A DNA stretch of 64,000 bases from Candidatus Omnitrophota bacterium (lineage in GTDB: Bacteria > Omnitrophota > Gorgyraeia > Gygaellales > UBA12090): the NCBI GenBank assembly GCA_023247895.1, contig JAHFFP010000001.1, positions 1,029 through 65,028 on the forward strand, given 5' to 3'. Positions 58,274 to 64,000 of this stretch are shown here, in pieces. Position 1 is the stretch's first letter. Each line of letters starts with the position of its first letter. The notes beneath the pieces were generated by a model. That model saw only the letters and a list, made by a program, of their open reading frames with translations. It was not told the DNA's origin and made no database searches. The translations under genes were made by a program, and so were the position numbers.

Positions 58274-59758
58274 ATGTATAATACGTTTCTTATGTTAAAA
58301 ATCTTGCGCCATAAAGGGCTGGCTAAAAAAATCTTCTGGCTTATCATTGGGGTAATGGTGATTGCCTTTGTCCTCTGGGGAGCCGGTGCCTCTCGGCAAA
58401 GTTCAAAAACAACAGACTATTGCGGAGAAATATTCGGCAAAAAGATACCTTCTCAAGAGTTCTTCCAGCTCTATTCCTTTAACCTCAATAAATTGCGCCT
58501 GAGCGTAGGAGAAAAATATCAGGAATTACTGCCCTATCTTAACCTCAAGGAGCAAACATGGACACAACTCATCCTCTTAGCGCATGCCAAAAGGCTTACT
58601 CTCAAAGCTTCTGATCAAGAGGTAATTCAAAGCATCTCGGAAATGCCTCTATTCCTCAAAAACGGGAAATTTGACCAAGGGATATATCACAATGTAGTTC
58701 GTTATTTTTTTAACAGCAAACCCCGCGATTTTGAAGAACAAACCCGTAATGAGCTTACTCTCAAGAAACTCTTTGATGAACTTACCCGCACTGTCACTAT
58801 TAATGACGAAGAAGTCTTGGCAACCTATAAACACGAGCACGAGGCAATAAGTATAAATTATATCAAAGTTGAAGGAAAGGAATTTCTCGATAGTGCGCAA
58901 ATCTCTGATGATGAGTTAAAAGATTATTACCAAAAGAATGTAGAAAAGTTTAAGAGGCAGCCTTCGGTAAAAATTGAATATGTAGGCATACCTTACCCCC
59001 CAGAAGCACAAGAAGCCGAGCGCTTACAAATCTTTGAGCAAATGAAAACCCTGCACCCTAAAGTTAAAGGCGCGCACGAACTCAAAGAAATTGCGCGCGA
59101 GCCTCTTATATACCAACAAACTGGCTTCTTCACTATGGACGAATCTCCCGAAGAAATTAAATCCTATGAATTTTACCGGTATGCTTTTTCTCTTGCAGAA
59201 AAAGAAACAAGCCCTCTGATCCAGGCTTCTGACGGAGTGTATGCCTTACGCGTCATTCAAAAAAAGCCTTCTTATACACCTGATCTTAATGAGGTAAAAG
59301 AAAAGGTTTCTGAGGAACTGAAAGCTATAAAGGCAAAAGAATTTGCCAAAAAGAAGATTGAGGAATATAAACGCAAGATAGACGAACTACTAAAAGGCCA
59401 AAGCGCGGCGAAACTTAAAACTATCGCGCCCTTATTACCCAAAGAGCTCAAAACTAGTGCGGAATTTAAACGAGGCGGCCCTATCCCCGATATTGGACTC
59501 GAGAAAAATATAATTGATACCGCCTTCTCCCTTAAACCTGACCAGATAAGCGGTATACTAGAAACAAATTCAGCTTATTATATTATTGCGCAGGAGAAAT
59601 TTACGGGCATTGACGAAGAAAAATATAAACAAGAAAAGGAAACTTACCGCAAAGACTTATTAGAAAGAAAAAAGCAAAGCGCCTTCTCTGGGCCTGCGCA
59701 AGCAATCATAGAAAGAGCCAATCTTAAAGACTACACTGCATCACAACCTTCAAAATAA
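58274..59758 (+). CDS. membrane-anchored periplasmic chaperone / PPIase-domain protein (PpiD/SurA-like)
   Basis: N-terminal TM (IFWLIIGVMVIAFVLWGAG), SurA_N-like and parvulin-like regions. Confidence 0.65.
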   Translation: MYNTFLMLKILRHKGLAKKIFWLIIGVMVIAFVLWGAGASRQSSKTTDYCGEIFGKKIPSQEFFQLYSFNLNKLRLSVGEKYQELLPYLNLKEQTWTQLILLAHAKRLTLKASDQEVIQSISEMPLFLKNGKFDQGIYHNVVRYFFNSKPRDFEEQTRNELTLKKLFDELTRTVTINDEEVLATYKHEHEAISINYIKVEGKEFLDSAQISDDELKDYYQKNVEKFKRQPSVKIEYVGIPYPPEAQEAERLQIFEQMKTLHPKVKGAHELKEIAREPLIYQQTGFFTMDESPEEIKSYEFYRYAFSLAEKETSPLIQASDGVYALRVIQKKPSYTPDLNEVKEKVSEELKAIKAKEFAKKKIEEYKRKIDELLKGQSAAKLKTIAPLLPKELKTSAEFKRGGPIPDIGLEKNIIDTAFSLKPDQISGILETNSAYYIIAQEKFTGIDEEKYKQEKETYRKDLLERKKQSAFSGPAQAIIERANLKDYTASQPSK

Positions 59759-59818
59759 TATAGGGAACAGCTCATGAACTGTTCCCTATATACTATTTAC
59801 AAACGTCAAACCTGTTCT

Positions 59819-60016
59819 TTACTCTACTTTAATACAGCTTACCGGACAGCTATCGGCTACTTCTTTTAAGTTATGATTTACTGTGCAGCTATGGCCTAAG
59901 ATATGGGCAATACCATCGCCTTGCACCTGAAACACCTCAGGGCAAGACTGTTCGCACAAACCGCATCCCACACACGTTGAAACATCTACGCTTACTTTCA
60001 TTGTTTCTTCCTCCAT
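59819..60016 (-). CDS. 4Fe-4S ferredoxin
   Basis: CVGCGLCEQSCP ... CPVSC. Confidence 0.7.
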   Translation of the reverse strand: MEEETMKVSVDVSTCVGCGLCEQSCPEVFQVQGDGIAHILGHSCTVNHNLKEVADSCPVSCIKVE

Positions 60017-60063
60017 GATTAAGGGACAGTTCTTGCCTTACGGGAAGTTCTGTCCCTGCATTT

Positions 60064-60996
60064 TTAAACTTTTGTCTGGGTGTTTACCGGCTGCGGTGCA
60101 GACGGATTTACAGGCTCCGGCCGCAGGCCGTATCGCTCAATATTATAATCCGCAATTGCCTGAATCTGTTTTATCTGCTCAGGAGAATTTATAATGTGCT
60201 TAAACCTTCCCTGGAATTTCAAATATTCTTCCACCGGCTTAATTTTGCTTAGCTTGCGCACCGCAGTTAACTTGCCATTTTCATACTCAATTAATGGATA
60301 GAGGCCTGTCTCAACCGCTAATTTCGCGATATCATACGTAAGCTCTGAATCATGCCTCCAGCCCAAAGGGCAGGGCACATGAATTTGGATATATTTCGGC
60401 CCTTTTATGGAAATGGCTTTCTTAATCTTCTTTTGAATATCCTGAGGATAACCCGACGAGGCAGTGGCAACATACGCCACTCCATGCGCTACTGCAATCT
60501 CCGGCATAGGCTTCTTTGGCCTGGGGTTACCCAATGATTGCTTACCTACAGGCGTTGTAGAGGTGCTCGTTTCAAAAGGCGTAAGCCCGCTACGCTGCAC
60601 CCCGGTATTCATATAAGCCTCATTATCATAACAAATTGATAAAATATCATGGCCTCTTTCCCACATCCCTGATAATGCCTGCAGCCCTATATCCGCAGTT
60701 CCTCCGTCTCCCGCCTGGCAGATAACGGTGGTCTTTTCTTTTTGCCCCAGAAATTTTAACGCTGCCTCAATCCCCGAAGCAACTGCAGCGGCATTTTCAA
60801 ACAAAGAATGTATCCAAGGAACTCCCCATGCAGATTCGGGATATTTGGTTGAAAAAACCTCGAGACAACCTGTATTATTTGCGATAATGGTATTCTTACC
60901 GGTTACATCTACTACCAGGCGCGCGGCAATTGCCTGTCCGCAGCCGGCGCAGGCGGTATGCCCTGAACTAAACAAGTGCCCGTTTTCTTGAGCCAT
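60064..60996 (-). CDS. porB: 2-oxoacid:ferredoxin oxidoreductase beta (TPP) subunit
   Basis: GHTACAGCGQ, GDGG TPP-binding. Confidence 0.85.
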   Translation of the reverse strand: MAQENGHLFSSGHTACAGCGQAIAARLVVDVTGKNTIIANNTGCLEVFSTKYPESAWGVPWIHSLFENAAAVASGIEAALKFLGQKEKTTVICQAGDGGTADIGLQALSGMWERGHDILSICYDNEAYMNTGVQRSGLTPFETSTSTTPVGKQSLGNPRPKKPMPEIAVAHGVAYVATASSGYPQDIQKKIKKAISIKGPKYIQIHVPCPLGWRHDSELTYDIAKLAVETGLYPLIEYENGKLTAVRKLSKIKPVEEYLKFQGRFKHIINSPEQIKQIQAIADYNIERYGLRPEPVNPSAPQPVNTQTKV

Positions 60997-62172
60997 TTAT
61001 ATAGTTTCCTCTAATAATTCAGGTTTCAAATCAATGTATTCTTCGCTTATAGGTTTTGGGCCTAAGCGCTTATATACCTCTTTAATAGAATCTATGGTAA
61101 TATCCCTTCCTCCTAAACCAATCACAAAACCGCTTATCACCGGGGACTTCTTTTTCCCGCTAAAGATAGAGCGGATTTCGCTTAAAAGAGGGCTATATGA
61201 CCCTATAGAAACTGCCTTTTCTAGCACCGCAACTTTAGGAATATCTTTTAGGGCCTGATAAATCGCGTCTATAGGAAACGGCCGATAGGTAACTATTTTT
61301 AACAGCCCTACCTTCTTGCCTTTGCTGCGCAGGCTATCTATCACATCTTTGGTTGTACCGCAGACTGAGCCCATTGCCACAATAACTTTTTGGGCGTCGT
61401 CAAGCCTATATGCCTCAATCAATCCGCCGCTTGAGCGGCCAAAGGTTCTTTGGAATTCAGCCTGAATCAAAGGAATTAATTTTAAAACATCCTTATGCGT
61501 TTCTGAAACCGCGAAGCGGGCTTCCATATAATAGTCAGGATCCACCAAGGGGCCCAACGTAAGAGGATTTTCAACATCCAATTTATACAAAGGCGTATAG
61601 GCAGGAAGGAAACTATCCACCTGCTCCTGGGTAGGCATATCTACCACTTCCAGCCCATGGGTCAGAATAAAGCCGTCCATATTCACCATTACCGGAAGCA
61701 TAATCTTCGGCGCTTCTCCTATGCGATAAGCCTGAATATGCAAATCTATGGCCTCCTGAATATTTTCCGCATGCATCTGAACCCAGCCGGAATCACGCAC
61801 GGTAATCGCGTCCTGATGGTCATTCCAGATATTTAAGGGCGCAGAAATTGCCCGGTTTGCGCAGGTCATAATTACCGGCAGGCGCATCCCCGCGATATTA
61901 AACACCACCTCAGCCATAAGCAGCAACCCTTGGGAACTGGTAGCAGTAAAAGAACGTACCCCTGTTGCTACCGAACCCAAGACCACGCTCGCTGCTGAAT
62001 GCTCTGACTCTACATTCACAAATTGTGCGTTCAGCTTACCGTCGGCAATTATCGAAGCCAATTCTTCAACGATATGCGTCTGGGGAGTAATAGGATATGC
62101 TGAAATAACTCCCGGCTTACACAATCTCACTGCCTCAGCAACCGCCTGTGAGCCTTCTAATAATTCATTCAT
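60997..62172 (-). CDS. porA: 2-oxoacid:ferredoxin oxidoreductase alpha subunit
   Basis: PorA N-terminal pyrimidine-binding domain. Confidence 0.85.
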   Translation of the reverse strand: MNELLEGSQAVAEAVRLCKPGVISAYPITPQTHIVEELASIIADGKLNAQFVNVESEHSAASVVLGSVATGVRSFTATSSQGLLLMAEVVFNIAGMRLPVIMTCANRAISAPLNIWNDHQDAITVRDSGWVQMHAENIQEAIDLHIQAYRIGEAPKIMLPVMVNMDGFILTHGLEVVDMPTQEQVDSFLPAYTPLYKLDVENPLTLGPLVDPDYYMEARFAVSETHKDVLKLIPLIQAEFQRTFGRSSGGLIEAYRLDDAQKVIVAMGSVCGTTKDVIDSLRSKGKKVGLLKIVTYRPFPIDAIYQALKDIPKVAVLEKAVSIGSYSPLLSEIRSIFSGKKKSPVISGFVIGLGGRDITIDSIKEVYKRLGPKPISEEYIDLKPELLEETI

Positions 62173-62429
62173 TTTTCTTCTTCCTTAACCATGCTAATGT
62201 CTTTTTTAGGACAAATTGCCGCGCAATTACCGCAACCTTTACAAAACTCATAATCACAGAGATAGGTGTTCTTTGCCTCGCCGCTCACGCAGGCTTCAGG
62301 GCAAATTAACACGCACATCTTACAGGCAATACAGTCCTTCTGTAAGAACTTCGGTTTAACCTCAACCCGCCAAGAACCGGTCTTATTTGCCTTTGCTGTT
62401 GCGGCTTTAGAAATCAATGGCCCAAACAT
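62169..62429 (-). CDS. porD: 2-oxoacid:ferredoxin oxidoreductase delta (2x[4Fe-4S]) subunit
   Basis: CIACKMCVLICPE and CKGCGNCAAICP. Confidence 0.85.
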   Translation of the reverse strand: MFGPLISKAATAKANKTGSWRVEVKPKFLQKDCIACKMCVLICPEACVSGEAKNTYLCDYEFCKGCGNCAAICPKKDISMVKEEEK

Positions 62430-62446
62430 TTTAAGTCACCTTGCCT

Positions 62447-63028
62447 TTATTTTGCAGCCGCGAATACCTTCCGTGTGGCTGCGGCCTTCTTAGTAAGAAT
62501 GTAATCATAGCCTTTTTTGGAGGCTAAGAGATTCTGATCAACAGCTTTCCCGGAAAATCGGTGTTTAATTGACTCAAATAAGGAATCTAATTTTATTTCA
62601 TCTGTTGCCGCGACAAATGCCCCCAAAAGCGCGGTATTGCCTAAAGGCCTGCCTATAGTTTCCATAGCAATGTCATTTGCGGGGACTACATAAATCTTCT
62701 GGGTTGGCCTATGTTCAGGGACAGGGAAAGATTCTCTTTCATTGATTATCGCAATGCCGTTTTCCTTAAAACCTTTAAAGCAATTAAATCCCCGTAAAAG
62801 CGTGGCATCGGAAATCAAAAGATAATCCGGCTCATAAATCTGGGACCTCAGGCGCACCGGTTTATCGTCAACCCGCACAAAGGCATTCATCGGCGCGCCC
62901 ATACGCGCCGCCCCAAAATTCGGGAAGGCGTAGGGAAACTTTCCCTCTATAAAATAGGCGTAGCCAAGAATGGTTGCCGTAGTAATCGCGCCTTGGCCTG
63001 CCCTCGCGTGAATCCTTATTTCTTTCAT
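62447..63028 (-). CDS. porG: 2-oxoacid:ferredoxin oxidoreductase gamma subunit
   Basis: PorG family N-terminus IHARAGQGAITTA. Confidence 0.8.
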   Translation of the reverse strand: MKEIRIHARAGQGAITTATILGYAYFIEGKFPYAFPNFGAARMGAPMNAFVRVDDKPVRLRSQIYEPDYLLISDATLLRGFNCFKGFKENGIAIINERESFPVPEHRPTQKIYVVPANDIAMETIGRPLGNTALLGAFVAATDEIKLDSLFESIKHRFSGKAVDQNLLASKKGYDYILTKKAAATRKVFAAAK

Positions 63029-63107
63029 CGTGTAAGCCTTGTATTCCTTATTGCTATTTTCCTCGTGCTATTTGACAAAATAGGCACGGAATAAAAAATT
63101 ATACCAC

Positions 63108-63527
63108 TCAATTTGAATTTTGCAATGTTTTTTTATCGTCTCTTTTACCAGCCTTTCTTATCTGCGCAGGCGTTCCAAAGATATTCTTGAATGCCTCTTC
63201 AAAATCATACACATCCTTAAAATCACCCAGGGAATCTTCTTCCGTCTTTGAAAGCAACTTAGCATTTATCATATTATAGACTATGTTGCCAATATCAATA
63301 GTTTTATGTATGCCCCAGTGGCCCAGAACAGCCTTAGCCATTGGGCCATATTGTTCAATGGCAAAGTCACGCATCCCAAGCGCCAGCTCACGCCCGCTCA
63401 AGTGGCCTTGCTTTTTAAGCTTTTTCTGGGCAAAATGAAGCGCCTGAATAACAAACTCATAGCTATCAGGCTTATAACGGCTATCTTTAGCATAAATAAC
63501 GTCAACTGCTTTTATAAAATCTATCAT
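63108..63527 (-). CDS. hypothetical protein
   Basis: 139-aa ORF. Confidence 0.4.
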   Translation of the reverse strand: MIDFIKAVDVIYAKDSRYKPDSYEFVIQALHFAQKKLKKQGHLSGRELALGMRDFAIEQYGPMAKAVLGHWGIHKTIDIGNIVYNMINAKLLSKTEEDSLGDFKDVYDFEEAFKNIFGTPAQIRKAGKRDDKKTLQNSN

Positions 63528-63718
63528 CGTAAAAGTATCCTATCTTTATCCGCCAACCTGGTTTTCTTATCCCCTACTAACTCGCTGCAATGAGCGCAAT
63601 AATACTCAAACAAATAACCATCCGGCAAAATCAAAAGCAGGCGTTCCCGCACCGGCATAGAGCCGCCGCAATTATTACAATACAGATGGGTAGCCTTTAA
63701 ATCGTCATACTGTTTCAT
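63524..63718 (-). CDS. small zinc-ribbon protein (CNNCGG ... CAHC)
   Basis: Two CxxC pairs; ATGA overlap with downstream ORF. Confidence 0.4.
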   Translation of the reverse strand: MKQYDDLKATHLYCNNCGGSMPVRERLLLILPDGYLFEYYCAHCSELVGDKKTRLADKDRILLR

Positions 63719-63734
63719 ACGTTCATCGTCCTTC

Positions 63735-63995
63735 TCACATCAACCCGGGGATATTTAATCCTGTAACTGCCTTCATCTTATCCGCGGCGATATCGTGCGA
63801 ACGCTTGATCGCGCGGTTACACGTATCTTTTAATTTCAGCGCAAAAGCATTCGTATCAGCAACCTCACCCTGGATTTTGATATCCTTTATCTCCTGAGAA
63901 CCATTCATCATAATTTTTACTGCTTTGTCAGGGCTTTCAATTTCAAAGGTAGTTGCATCCAGCTCCCGTTTCAACTCTTCCATCTTTTTCTTCAT
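63735..63995 (-). CDS. YbaB/EbfC-family nucleoid-associated protein
   Basis: KIMMNGSQEIKDIKI...GLNIPGLM. Confidence 0.7.
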   Translation of the reverse strand: MKKKMEELKRELDATTFEIESPDKAVKIMMNGSQEIKDIKIQGEVADTNAFALKLKDTCNRAIKRSHDIAADKMKAVTGLNIPGLM

Positions 63996-64000
63996 ATCCC

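Noticed and set aside
1-64000. Global stop-codon reassignment to explain in-frame TAG/TAA/TGA
   Set aside because: Dozens of housekeeping genes terminate at the expected length on TAA/TAG/TGA. Only three isolated cases exist.
1-64000. CRISPR array
   Set aside because: No run of short direct repeats with unique spacers was seen anywhere in the window.

Overview
This window looks like a chromosomal segment from an AT-rich diderm (Gram-negative-type) bacterium. About 60% of it is conserved housekeeping backbone and the rest is accessory DNA.

Backbone genes identified from translated motifs:
- Outer-membrane/LPS cluster on the minus strand, 38448-45683: lpxI, lpxA, an lpxC-fabZ fusion, lpxD, skp/ompH and bamA.
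- dnaB, rplI, rpsR, ssb and rpsF.
- pth, ctc (L25), prs and glmU, then tRNA-Gln, spoVG and ispE.
- Split transketolase (tktA N-terminal and C-terminal section genes).
- hisG, a ppiD-like chaperone, and a four-subunit 2-oxoacid:ferredoxin oxidoreductase (porGDAB) with a ferredoxin.
- serS, archease, a PilZ-domain protein and an rtcB interrupted by an in-frame stop.
- dusB, an HD-GYP phosphodiesterase, and tRNAs Ser(GGA), Ser(CGA), Ser(TGA), Lys(CTT), Arg(TCG) and Gln(TTG).

Accessory content:
- 1-4143: three tandem, diverged copies of a ~230-370 nt element, each encoding the C-terminal ~60 aa of a small protein. Differences between copies sit mostly at codon third positions, so the frame is under selection. 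A 16-bp inverted repeat enclosing a variable hairpin region sits at the 5' end of the two complete copies (copy 1 is cut by the window edge). The copies alternate with unrelated membrane or unknown cargo genes on the opposite strand.
- ~7480-23076: an island bounded by tRNA-Ser(CGA) and a large serine recombinase. It carries a C-protein-controlled Type III R-M system (res-mod), a HEPN/MNT toxin-antitoxin pair between two paralogous small HTH+DUF modules, and an AlbA_2/HATPase_c_4 protein.
- Within that island, the most novel-looking candidate: an operon (minus strand) of a retron/Abi-like reverse transcriptase with an FSDD active-site variant, a small TM peptide, a 2TM SLATT-like effector and a SMODS/CD-NTase-like nucleotidyltransferase interrupted by an in-frame TAG. 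A ~750-nt non-coding region lies upstream of the RT.
- ~27380-29900: a divergent SecY paralog with a C-terminal extension plus an XRE regulator. It is flanked by near-identical 340-bp inverted copies of a GC-rich, hairpin-rich element, next to tRNA-Ser(TGA) and a degraded GIY-YIG gene.

No CRISPR array or rRNA was seen. All calls come from reading the six-frame translations and the sequence; no database searches were run.
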